In this document: one piece after another, positions 8,984 to 18,085 of the stretch
How the letters are laid out: each line of letters begins with the position of its first letter
Numbering within the stretch: position 1 is the stretch's first letter
DNA from: an uncultured Bacteriovoracaceae bacterium
GTDB lineage: Bacteria; Bdellovibrionota; UBA2394
Assembly (NCBI GenBank): GCA_964598565.1
Contig: CAZRCG010000010.1
Location: forward strand, 25,188-89,187
Direction: 5' to 3'
DNA: 64,000 nt
Notes under the pieces: model-generated
What the model saw: the letters and a program-made list of their open reading frames with translations, nothing else
Databases searched by the model: none
Told to the model about the DNA's origin: nothing
Made by a program: the position numbers and the translations under genes

Positions 8984-10243
8984 TTAGCGCTCTTGGTGTA
9001 GAACGCGTTTGGCGTAGCTGCTCTCGATCTCCTTTCGCAGGTTGCCGTCATGGTCATAGACCTGCCAGAGTTTCTCAATCGATTTTTTTAAATGGCTTGC
9101 GAGTGGATTTTTGAGCACGTCCAGACGGTAGAGTCGTTCAGTAACGTAGAGAGATGTGAGAAGGTCAGCGACCAGCTCTGTATCTTGTAGGCCATGTTTG
9201 GCATTGTGGAGGGCCAGTTGAATGTCAATTACGAAGTTACTGAGAAAGGGAATATCATCGCGAGCATCTAATTCTTGCCAATTGATGACGCCATTTTTTT
9301 TCTCGAAAAGATTGTAGAGAGAGGCAATCTCGGCAGGTTTTAAGCGGCCTCCTTGGCCTTTCGAAAAACTGGTTCGGTCTACTTCAGCTAAAAACCAGCT
9401 CACCTCTTTCTTTAGAAGACCCGAAAAGGCCTGGCTAAAAGTTCCCACAAAAAATCCGATGATTGCGGTATGGCCTAGATATTTTAAACTGCGAAGGGCT
9501 ATCCCAGGCCATCGCCTTTTCACTCTATGAAAGCGGCCTCGGCGAGCGGAGCTTTCGGTAGGGTGCCAATTTTGATCGACGATCTCAACTACATCATCAA
9601 TGCGAACTTCGGCATAGCCATTTGCTATCCTTTCCTTCAGCAGAGCGGATTTCTCGTCAGCCGAGGCGTTTGGCCGACTTCGATCGATTTGCTTGGTTAG
9701 GCGTCGAATGAATCGTTCGTGTCTTCCAAACGCTGGTCCAAAACTGGAGGGAAGATAGTACTGATTTTCAGGGTCGGCCTCAGATCCTTCGGCGGAGCTC
9801 GGGTCTAAGCCCATTATTGATTCAGCAAAGCCAATTTCAACTCGCTCTAGAGCGGCGTCTCGTTCTTCAGCCGTCATCTTGCCTATGCGATAGATGAGAT
9901 GAATATAGCGGACCACTCGCTGGTGCGCTTTTCGCACATCCGCGACTGAGGGCTTAGGAAACACGGGAAGGATAGGACCTCCATCCTTCATCTTGGGTTC
10001 CACTTTAGGTGGCAAAAGATGGGGGGCATAGAGGGGCTGATCACCCGCTTCGGGGAGCGGATTTTTTCGCGATAGAGGAGAAATGATAAAATCTGCCGTA
10101 CCAGAAGCCATCGATCGAATCACTGAGGAGAGTCGACTCAGCGCGCCACGGCATGGGGTGGGACCTTGATGAGCTTGGAGAGATTGAGACAGAATGAACG
10201 AAAACCCAAAAATCAAGAAAGTGGACGTAAGGCGTAATTTCAA
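8984..10243 (-). CDS. Hypothetical secreted protein
   Basis: 419 aa with an N-terminal signal peptide (MKLRLTSTFLIFGFSFILSQSLQA). No recognisable domain. Confidence 0.55.
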   Translation of the reverse strand: MKLRLTSTFLIFGFSFILSQSLQAHQGPTPCRGALSRLSSVIRSMASGTADFIISPLSRKNPLPEAGDQPLYAPHLLPPKVEPKMKDGGPILPVFPKPSVADVRKAHQRVVRYIHLIYRIGKMTAEERDAALERVEIGFAESIMGLDPSSAEGSEADPENQYYLPSSFGPAFGRHERFIRRLTKQIDRSRPNASADEKSALLKERIANGYAEVRIDDVVEIVDQNWHPTESSARRGRFHRVKRRWPGIALRSLKYLGHTAIIGFFVGTFSQAFSGLLKKEVSWFLAEVDRTSFSKGQGGRLKPAEIASLYNLFEKKNGVINWQELDARDDIPFLSNFVIDIQLALHNAKHGLQDTELVADLLTSLYVTERLYRLDVLKNPLASHLKKSIEKLWQVYDHDGNLRKEIESSYAKRVLHQER

Positions 10244-10416
10244 TTCTTTTACTATTCCTCCAAAACGAATTCGATCATTATCAAAAATTAGTTTCGATAC
10301 CTAGCGAAAGTTCGTCCCAAGCTCACTTATTATTTTGATGAATCTTTGCTCGACAGCAGAAACACCTTGCGCTCGCTTTCAACGCGCTGCAATACTTGGT
10401 GTTGTAAGGGGGGAAA

Positions 10417-11286
10417 ATGGGGATGAAATTATCTCATATTAGTAATTGTATCGTGGAGCACGCTCGAGGGGGCGTCTCAAAAAAGAGCATAAAAAATAGC
10501 GTGCTAGCAGGCACGGTTTGCTTTTTGGGTCTTGGTTTGGCTTCAATAGTTGAAGCGGCGCCTGGGCAAAATCGCATACTGAGCCGTCTAGAAGCCAACG
10601 AGGTTCTGACTACCAAGACGGGGTCGGCCTTCGTAGTTCAGGGACTTGCAAATAAGGAATTTGAAAAGGTGGCAGTCGCTTTGTCGGATTTGACAAAGTT
10701 GCCTTCCGTCTTTCAACAAATTGCGTTTGCGCGTCCTTATAAGAATAAAGATGGACGTCAGTTTCTCTATTTAAAGACACGAGGCTTGATGGATGGCATG
10801 GGTCTCTTGATGGAGGTTCGTTCGGCAGAAGCAACAGCCTTTGTAAACGCGCGAGAGCTTATGGTCAGTGGAGAGATCTATAAAAAGCGAGATATTGGTA
10901 AAGATGCCGATTTAGCGAGTGACGAAAGCCAGTTGCAACTCAAACGAGAAATGGATGAGGCTTCTAAAGCGGGTGAAGGCATGAGAGATATCGGTATTCT
11001 TCGAGGGATTACTCTTGAAGGGCCATTGAATCCTGTCATGCAACTTCCAAACGTGCGCTTTACAATCAACTTAGGAGTGGCGCCGTATACGTATATTCCG
11101 CCAGCGACCTCTGGGGCTTCGTCACAACGAAAAACCTATATGGTTGTCAAAGTAGCGGTCGGCAACCAGGTGGCTTCTGAGTTCATTGGGGACTATCGAG
11201 GTTTTGGTGAACAACGCCTTACCGTGGCCTCGATGCTAGGTCAAAAAGTGCTCGAGTCACTTCGAGAGCGTCTGGAAAAGCTCTAA
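10417..11286 (+). CDS. Hypothetical secreted protein
   Basis: 289 aa. RBS-like AAGGGGGGA upstream. A hydrophobic segment VLAGTVCFLGLGLASIVEAA lies near the N-terminus. Confidence 0.5.
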   Translation: MGMKLSHISNCIVEHARGGVSKKSIKNSVLAGTVCFLGLGLASIVEAAPGQNRILSRLEANEVLTTKTGSAFVVQGLANKEFEKVAVALSDLTKLPSVFQQIAFARPYKNKDGRQFLYLKTRGLMDGMGLLMEVRSAEATAFVNARELMVSGEIYKKRDIGKDADLASDESQLQLKREMDEASKAGEGMRDIGILRGITLEGPLNPVMQLPNVRFTINLGVAPYTYIPPATSGASSQRKTYMVVKVAVGNQVASEFIGDYRGFGEQRLTVASMLGQKVLESLRERLEKL

Positions 11287-11319
11287 GTCACAAGTTTATT
11301 ACAATTTAGGAGGGGAAAA

Positions 11320-13194
11320 ATGAAAACAAGGGCTTTAAGTCTCAGTGTTTTAGGACTGGCAGTGACCATGGCGGCTTGCTCCAGTAGTGATTATCATATG
11401 TCATCAGGAGGGCCTCAACTGCCTTCGGTAGATGAGATTGTAGAAACCAAGTTGAATGCAGCGATTCATCCCACAGAAAATTATTTTCTGGGGCAGGTGG
11501 TTGTGGAAACGACGACCGAAGATGAATTGGCGCCTGTTCTCAGTAATTTGGCGGTCCAAGGCATTAAAGCGTCGGCGTTAGACCTCGTTCCGAATCGTCC
11601 AATTTATCTCTTGAAGATCGAGTCGACTCAAAGTGTTCCAGAGGTTGTGAAGGCGTTGCGAGCAGATACTCGGCGGGTTGTTATGGCGGAAACTAACAAT
11701 AAGATTAGTGCTTCGTCGATTCGTGCAAATGACCCTCTCGTATCCACTCAGTGGGCGCTTGATAATTACGGTCAAGAGGCGCCAGATGCTTTAGCCGGTA
11801 AAGTGGGAGCGGATATCTCTCTGGATACTGTGAATGCCGAAGGTAGTCACGATGTCGTAGTTGGAGTTATCGATACGGGTATTGATTATTTTCATGAAGA
11901 TCTTGCGATCACGGAAGAGATCAACGGTGTTACTCGATTGGTCGCTGGTAGCAATATTTGGACGAATCCTGAAGAGATTCCAAATAATGGCATCAACGAC
12001 GACAACAATGGGGATGCGCGCCATGGTGTCATGTATGTCGACGATTACTATGGGTACAACTTCGTCAATAAAACGGGCGATCCCATGGATAATCATGGTC
12101 ACGGAACTCATGTCGCCGGTGTTATTGGGGCTCTGCGAAATAATTTCAAAGGCATTGTAGGAATCAACCAAAAGGTTTCTTTGATGGGTCTGAAATTTCT
12201 TTCAGCCGAAGGTGGTGGAAGTGATTGGGATGCTGTTTTGGCCATTTACTATGCCATCGATATGAAGAAACGATTTCCTAACAAGAAATTCATTTTGTCT
12301 AATTCATGGGGTTCGTCAGGACGAGATTCGATCGACGGAGATCGAACCGATAAATTATTGAGAGCCTTTCGTGAAGCGTCTAAAAACGATATTCTGTCGG
12401 TGGCGGCCGCCGGAAACGAAGCGCTTTCGAATCGTTTCTTTGCATCGTATCCATCGAATTATGCGAAGCGTTTGAAGAGCTTTATTTCAGTCGCGGCTTC
12501 GAACAATCTCGACCAGCTTGCCGATTTTTCGTCGTATGGTTTTGGAATGGTTCAAATCGCGGCGCCCGGTGTTTTGATTCAGAGTACGGTACCCGCCGCA
12601 CTTTATGAGACACCTTATGCAGCTTGGAGTGGTACCTCTATGGCGACTCCTCAAGTATCTGGGGCTGCAGCCTTAGTTTGGGGTGAGAATCCTGAGCTGA
12701 CTGCTGCCGAAGTCCAAGACAGGCTTTTAATTACCGTCGATGTTCTTCCTCAATTGCACGGTGTTGTGTCTACGGGGGGCCGTCTCAATGTGAAACGTGC
12801 TCTTGAGAACGATATCAATATGAGTATTTTGCCTGTTCTTCAAGATGTACCATACGTGACGGAACCGCCTAGACCATCGTCGGATGCTTCTTACGACTTG
12901 CTAACTTCTGTCGCTTATTCGGGGGCTCAACAGCTTTCGGTATGCTTCTCAAAAATTAATTTGGCTCCGGATTTTGATTGGATTGAAATCTTAGACGAGA
13001 ATTATCGAGTCAAAGATGTCATTTCAGGAGTTTTCTCCAACCAAATCTTGGGAGATGACGACGAAGATATAACCGTCGATCTTTGTTCGGCGCCTGTTCT
13101 CGGCGAGAAATTGATCATTCGTCTTTACGCCTCAAGCAGTCCTACCGACATCAAAGGCTATGTGACGACCTCTCTCAAGGTATTGGCGAAATGA
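11320..13194 (+). CDS. S8 subtilisin-family serine peptidase, lipoprotein
   Basis: Lipobox LAVTMAAC. Catalytic motifs VIDTGIDY (Asp), HGTHVAG (His) and GTSMATPQVSGAAALV (Ser). RBS AGGAGGGG upstream. Confidence 0.85.
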   Translation: MKTRALSLSVLGLAVTMAACSSSDYHMSSGGPQLPSVDEIVETKLNAAIHPTENYFLGQVVVETTTEDELAPVLSNLAVQGIKASALDLVPNRPIYLLKIESTQSVPEVVKALRADTRRVVMAETNNKISASSIRANDPLVSTQWALDNYGQEAPDALAGKVGADISLDTVNAEGSHDVVVGVIDTGIDYFHEDLAITEEINGVTRLVAGSNIWTNPEEIPNNGINDDNNGDARHGVMYVDDYYGYNFVNKTGDPMDNHGHGTHVAGVIGALRNNFKGIVGINQKVSLMGLKFLSAEGGGSDWDAVLAIYYAIDMKKRFPNKKFILSNSWGSSGRDSIDGDRTDKLLRAFREASKNDILSVAAAGNEALSNRFFASYPSNYAKRLKSFISVAASNNLDQLADFSSYGFGMVQIAAPGVLIQSTVPAALYETPYAAWSGTSMATPQVSGAAALVWGENPELTAAEVQDRLLITVDVLPQLHGVVSTGGRLNVKRALENDINMSILPVLQDVPYVTEPPRPSSDASYDLLTSVAYSGAQQLSVCFSKINLAPDFDWIEILDENYRVKDVISGVFSNQILGDDDEDITVDLCSAPVLGEKLIIRLYASSSPTDIKGYVTTSLKVLAK

Positions 13195-13217
13195 GAGCTC
13201 AAGAAAGGAATTTGACC

Positions 13218-14300
13218 ATGAATAAAACAAGATATGGATTAACTTTAGGTATTGTAGTTTTGGCGCTGTCGGCTTGCCGACCCGCTCAGAAAGATCCGCC
13301 TATGAATTGGAATCAGAATCGACTCGATGTAAGTGTGAGCGATCGAGAGATTTCTCCTGAGAATCCTTTGGCCGTTATTGGGGCGCCGGAGCTTTGGAAA
13401 AAAACAACAGGTAAGTATGCCGACAATCGTCGCATTCGCATTGGCATGGTCGGCACGGGCATTGACTATACGAACCCTGATTTGAGAGAAGCCCTAGCTT
13501 TCAATTTAGGGGAAATGTCTGATTCGGCACGCACCAATGGTGTCGATGATGACGGAAATGGCTATGCCGACGATGTTTTTGGCTACGATTTCTACTCGGG
13601 AGATGGTTTGCCTTACGATTGGAATGGCCATGACACCTACACCGCAGGTCTCATCGCTGCTTCAGGTCGAAAGAACGCCAATGTGTTTGGAGTGGCTCCC
13701 AATGCGGAGTTGGTCGTCGCTCGATATTTGGGTCCTGATGGTCGCAAAACAAGAACGACGGGGCTCGATGCTGCCGAGGCACTTTATTACGTGGTTCAAA
13801 GTGGCGCCAAAGTCGTTTACTTCAACTGGCCTCAGGGTGGATTTGATTCGTTATCGACGCCCTTGATTGTTGAAGCCATAAGAGATGGTGGTAAGGCGAA
13901 TATTCTTTTCGTCGTGCCGGCAGGAAATTCAGGCAATCAAGTGAAGCCTGCATTTCTTACAGCCATCGGCGAACTTAAGAATGTCATCATCGTCGCCGGT
14001 CTAGATTTGAATGGACGCATCAAAGCCACATCGAATTCGGGGCGTTTTCTTGCAGAACTCGCCGCACCTTCGATGGGCTCAGTATCGTTTTTGCCAGGAT
14101 CTCTGGAGTCGCGTGATCTAGAGACCACTTCAGTGGCGGCTGCTTATGTTACAGGAGCGGCAGCCTTGCTTGCCACGTTGCCTGGCTTTGGAAGTGTTGA
14201 GAAAATTCGAGAGCATCTCTTGAAGGCAGCGGCTTCTAACAGAAGCCCTGAGCCACTCGATGTATTGTCGGGAGGTTCGCTGTATTTAGGTTCGCTCTAA
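13218..14300 (+). CDS. S8 subtilisin-like paralog, lipoprotein. The catalytic triad appears degenerate, so this is a possible pseudo-protease.
   Basis: Lipobox LALSAC. The homologous blocks are MVGTGIDY (D to G at the Asp position), NGHDTYTAG and TTSVAAAYVTGAAALL. Start at ATG 13218, after RBS AAGGAA. Confidence 0.65.
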   Translation: MNKTRYGLTLGIVVLALSACRPAQKDPPMNWNQNRLDVSVSDREISPENPLAVIGAPELWKKTTGKYADNRRIRIGMVGTGIDYTNPDLREALAFNLGEMSDSARTNGVDDDGNGYADDVFGYDFYSGDGLPYDWNGHDTYTAGLIAASGRKNANVFGVAPNAELVVARYLGPDGRKTRTTGLDAAEALYYVVQSGAKVVYFNWPQGGFDSLSTPLIVEAIRDGGKANILFVVPAGNSGNQVKPAFLTAIGELKNVIIVAGLDLNGRIKATSNSGRFLAELAAPSMGSVSFLPGSLESRDLETTSVAAAYVTGAAALLATLPGFGSVEKIREHLLKAAASNRSPEPLDVLSGGSLYLGSL

Positions 14301-14332
14301 GACGGGTTTAAATATCTTTTTATGAGATAATA

Positions 14333-14367
14333 AATGCGGGGTTCTTGACAGCCCCGCATTTTTTTCT
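14333..14367 (+). terminator. Rho-independent terminator
   Basis: AATGCGGGG - TTCTTGACAG - CCCCGCATT followed by TTTTTTT, immediately after the S8 paralog. Confidence 0.7.
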
Positions 14368-14457
14368 ACACGCTACTTCCACGACAAAATACCTTCGTCA
14401 ACACGATAGCATGCTTGTCGCCTTACCATTGTTGATTTGAGTTACAATAGGGGTGAG

Positions 14458-15246
14458 ATGGCGGGTAATCGCATAATGACGGGCAGAGTTTCAATACTGA
14501 GCTCAATATCCATTTTCTTGAGGAATCGGCATACTCGAGCGATTACTTTAGTAGAGTCAATGGTAGCTCTTGTGGTTGTATCGATTTTGTCGTCGGTGGC
14601 TTTTGTCGGTTACGAGTACGCGCTCATACGTGCAAGAACAGCCGAAGTTGCCGTGATGGTGGATTCCATTAAAAATGCTGAGATCGAGTTTTTCCTGAAA
14701 CCGCGCATAACGCCTGGAGGATCGCTATATCGACCCTGTTTTCTCTTTGCGGGGCTCACTCCTGAAGTCGTTACGAATCAGAAGAGGCCATGGATAGACT
14801 CTCAGGGTGGCTTTCGGCGGCTTGGTGTCTCTTCTGCGAACGATGTCTACTTTTCGTATGGCGTAACAGCGATTTCAGATTCGGCTGTTTTGCCAGGATA
14901 CTGTTTAACAGATGCTGAGGGTTCTCCACACTACGGTTCTATGATTGATGGCAATCCTCTTTTATTTCCCATCACGGCGGCGAACATCGTGGCTCTAGGT
15001 GATTTAGATGGCGACGGACTTCCATCGGCCGTGGCGAGCACCCTTTCTAGCCATATCTATGCGGCAGTAGGGCCGTTGCCAAGCCAGGGCTGCGGAGGCG
15101 CTCTCTATGACGGAGCCAGCACGTATCTTGCTGCGACTGTGGGAATTTCTAACCCCGAATGCCAAGACGTCATCTCGAGCTTTCGCGTGGGTCTTCTACT
15201 GTTAGACTCAGATACACCAGGTGCCACTGCGCTGATGGTCGAGTAA
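14458..15246 (+). CDS. Type IV pilin-like protein, paralog B. Same family as 8229-8897.
   Basis: RA|ITLVESMVALVVVSIL has a pilin-like N-terminal helix with the conserved Glu at +5. It shares the EIEFFL(K/R)PR block and a (A/G)DLDGD(R/G)L motif with paralog A. Start at ATG 14458 with RBS GGGGTG. TTG 14437 is an alternative start. Confidence 0.55.
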   Translation: MAGNRIMTGRVSILSSISIFLRNRHTRAITLVESMVALVVVSILSSVAFVGYEYALIRARTAEVAVMVDSIKNAEIEFFLKPRITPGGSLYRPCFLFAGLTPEVVTNQKRPWIDSQGGFRRLGVSSANDVYFSYGVTAISDSAVLPGYCLTDAEGSPHYGSMIDGNPLLFPITAANIVALGDLDGDGLPSAVASTLSSHIYAAVGPLPSQGCGGALYDGASTYLAATVGISNPECQDVISSFRVGLLLLDSDTPGATALMVE

Positions 15247-15467
15247 TTGGAAGACGCATTCTCAATATAAGAACTTCGATTCATAATATGGCTCTATTAC
15301 TCCGCCTTTAGTGCTTTGGCGACAGGGCCAATATGCTAAATAGTCCATGATTCACAAAACACATGATTCTTAGTTCTCTCTTCGGTTAGTCTGTGAGTGA
15401 AGCGCTGGTCGTCGGTCGTTTTGTCTCGATGCGGCGAAGGGTCTTTTTTTGAGGGGGAGGATATTCT

Positions 15468-17378
15468 GTGGTGCAGGGTCGACGGGGTCGAATGGGTTTG
15501 CTCGCCTTGATGGCGTTTGCGGTGGAGTATGTTTTCATTTGGGGTGCATTATCTGGCAACCCCATCAGTCTACAAAATCCAGAGTCAGTGGGCGATCGCC
15601 ACCTACGTTTGAAAGAGCAACGTCACCCGATTCATTGGCGATGGCAGGGTCGCCCCTATGCGTGGTCTGCAGAAAGCTCTGCTATGGGGTTAAGAGAGAG
15701 TTGGGGCAAGCCATTTCTTAGCCTTTCTGCCTCGAATTCTATGATCGATATCGATCGACAGCTCAGGGAATTTATGAGCGAGAATGCCTCCGTATTTAAA
15801 GGCTTTGGTGAGAACGAGGTGAGCCGTCTGCAGCTCTCGTTCGATCGCACACGTTTTAGCGGTTCTCTCAAAACGATCACCTATGAGCAGACCCTCATGA
15901 CGTCAGAAGGGCGCTTAGCCCTAGATGGTTTCTATATTACGTTTCGTTTTCGCCACGATCGTTTGATGAGCCTTTCATCGTCGTTGATTCCTCATTCTAG
16001 CGAGGTTCTGTTACCCTTGTTAGAGCCTGCCCTCGATGAGTCTGAAGCAATTCATATTGTTCTCGAAGACGCCCAGTTGCGGGACCATCAAGATTCTCTA
16101 CAAGGAAGCGTCACGCAGAATCTGAAATGGGTGCTGAACGATCAAAGCCGACCCGAGCTGATTTCTGTTTACCAGATCGCCATAGAGAGACCTCATTTTC
16201 CAGGTCACTTGCTGTTCGAAGTGAATGCATCGACAGGGCATATCGAGGAGATTCGCTCCAATCTTCATTTTGGCGGACTCGCCATGGGTGACTATTATGA
16301 GCGAGGTCCGGGCCTCTTGGTTCGAGGGGCGCTTTCTGAAGCGACGGTGCGAAGCACAAACGGCGTGACGCTGACACAGAACGATGGCTTATTCGATTGG
16401 AATGGGGAGCCGGGCAGGTTGGAGCTTCAGGGACCACGCGCTCGTATTTTGGGATGGGATTCTCAGCCGGTCTCGATTGCAATTTCTCCGTCAGGAGAGA
16501 CGCTCTTCGATTCGCAAAACCATCTCTCTGATGTAATGGCATTCGTTCATATTGGGCGTGTGAACGAGTTTGTGCGACAGCGCTTCCGAGCTCTTCCCAG
16601 AAAAAGTCTAAGAGCGTCGGGAGGCATGGAAGATTTTCTGTCGGTGCCGCTTACCGTTCGCACTACCCATTCCAAGTCGTTACTCAAATCGTGTAATGCC
16701 TGGTATGACCCGACAGAGCGAAGCCTCAACTTTCTGGCAGGGCACAAAAAATGCCACCATAGCGCCTGGTTTTCCGATATCATTTATCATGAGTGGGGGC
16801 ATGCGCTCGATGATGCTATGGGAGGTATCCATGATCGTGTTTTCTCTGAAGCGGTCGGAGATATTCTATCGATGTTGATGACGGGCGACTCTCGAATTGC
16901 ACCCGGTTATTTGAAGGGCGAGCCATCCATTCGCGATCTAAAAAGTTTGAGGGTCTTTCCTAGAGATCGACATACGAATCCTCATATCGAAGGTTTAATA
17001 TTGGGCGGCGCATGGTACGAATTTTTTATACGAATGGAACAACGGTATGGACGTGAACTCGCTCGAGAAAAAGTCGCCGATCTATTTATCAAGCATCTAC
17101 TTTCGGTGGAGGACTATCGCGAAAGTTACCGCGCTGCCCTTGTGCTCGATGATGACGATGCGAATCTTGAGAATTGCACGCCTCACTATTGTTATTTCAA
17201 TCAAGCATTTTCTCGTCGAGGTTTAGCAGGCGCCGATGCGCGTTGCGGGCTCGTGGCGACTTCGACCCTGCCCACCGTGTCGACCCTGTCAAACTCTGTG
17301 TCGACTTCTGTCGGTGGTGCTTCGACGATGGAGTCGCCGGCGTGTGGCCCGACGACGATTCTTGATTCTCGATCTTGA
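15468..17378 (+). CDS. Secreted zinc metallopeptidase, M4/M36-like (HEXXH plus EAxxD)
   Basis: GTG start preceded by a strong RBS GAGGGGGAGG. Signal-like N-terminus. Motifs YHEWGHALDD and FSEAVGDILS correspond to the thermolysin-type HExxH and EA(I/V)xD. Confidence 0.7.
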   Translation: MVQGRRGRMGLLALMAFAVEYVFIWGALSGNPISLQNPESVGDRHLRLKEQRHPIHWRWQGRPYAWSAESSAMGLRESWGKPFLSLSASNSMIDIDRQLREFMSENASVFKGFGENEVSRLQLSFDRTRFSGSLKTITYEQTLMTSEGRLALDGFYITFRFRHDRLMSLSSSLIPHSSEVLLPLLEPALDESEAIHIVLEDAQLRDHQDSLQGSVTQNLKWVLNDQSRPELISVYQIAIERPHFPGHLLFEVNASTGHIEEIRSNLHFGGLAMGDYYERGPGLLVRGALSEATVRSTNGVTLTQNDGLFDWNGEPGRLELQGPRARILGWDSQPVSIAISPSGETLFDSQNHLSDVMAFVHIGRVNEFVRQRFRALPRKSLRASGGMEDFLSVPLTVRTTHSKSLLKSCNAWYDPTERSLNFLAGHKKCHHSAWFSDIIYHEWGHALDDAMGGIHDRVFSEAVGDILSMLMTGDSRIAPGYLKGEPSIRDLKSLRVFPRDRHTNPHIEGLILGGAWYEFFIRMEQRYGRELAREKVADLFIKHLLSVEDYRESYRAALVLDDDDANLENCTPHYCYFNQAFSRRGLAGADARCGLVATSTLPTVSTLSNSVSTSVGGASTMESPACGPTTILDSRS

Positions 17379-17410
17379 TTGGGAGGACTAAAGCTCGATA
17401 CCGTAGTTGA

Positions 17411-18085
17411 GTGGAAACAGTGAGTTTTTTGAGAAGTACCTTGGGTCGAAAGATGGTGATGGCCCTAACAGGCCTGGCTCTTAGTCTTTTTTTGTTTACG
17501 CATGTCGCGGGTAATCTATTGGTCCTGGTCGATACGGCGAAATTCAACGAGTATGCGTGGGCGCTGGAGAATTTGGGGCCCTTGCTTTGGGCAGCTGAAA
17601 TCGGGCTCATCGCTCTTGTCGTGGGGCATCTTGTGATGGCCGTTCAAGTGACGCGACGAAATCGAAGCGCTCGCCCTGAAGTCTATTACAAGCGAGAATC
17701 GAGTGGTCGAAGTCGTCGCAGTCTAGGATCTTCGACGATGGCTCTGTCGGGGGTCTTAATTCTTGTTTTCATTGTTTATCATATCACTCACTTCAAATAC
17801 GGCGAAACTGCGATGCTGGAACATCAAGGTAAGCCCATGCGAGATTTGGCGGGGCTTGTGGTGGCAGAATTTTCCGATATTAGTGAAGTGCTCATTTATA
17901 CCGTAGCGCTGGTGGCGATCGGCCTGCATCTTCGCCATGGTTTTCGATCGCTCTTTGATACCTTAGGCGTGGCAAGCGCTCGCTTTGAACGCTGCTTTAA
18001 AGGCTTTTCAGAAATTTATGTCATAACTGTAGTGGCCGGCTTTATTGCGATTCCTTGGGCCATCTATTTAGGAGTAGGCCGATGA
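17411..18085 (+). CDS. sdhC: Succinate dehydrogenase cytochrome b558 subunit
   Basis: About 220 aa, five hydrophobic helices with conserved His residues. Directly precedes sdhA and sdhB. An alternative start at M 17453 is possible. Confidence 0.75.
   Translation: METVSFLRSTLGRKMVMALTGLALSLFLFTHVAGNLLVLVDTAKFNEYAWALENLGPLLWAAEIGLIALVVGHLVMAVQVTRRNRSARPEVYYKRESSGRSRRSLGSSTMALSGVLILVFIVYHITHFKYGETAMLEHQGKPMRDLAGLVVAEFSDISEVLIYTVALVAIGLHLRHGFRSLFDTLGVASARFERCFKGFSEIYVITVVAGFIAIPWAIYLGVGR

Noticed and set aside
11791-12171. 126-aa minus ORF and other antisense ORFs inside the S8, aconitase, sdhA and SHC genes
   Set aside because: They are fully contained within strongly supported sense genes and are typical shadow ORFs.
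15449-15721. 90-aa ORF overlapping the metalloprotease start
   Set aside because: It is a different frame of the same region. The RBS and signal peptide support the 15468 GTG frame instead.
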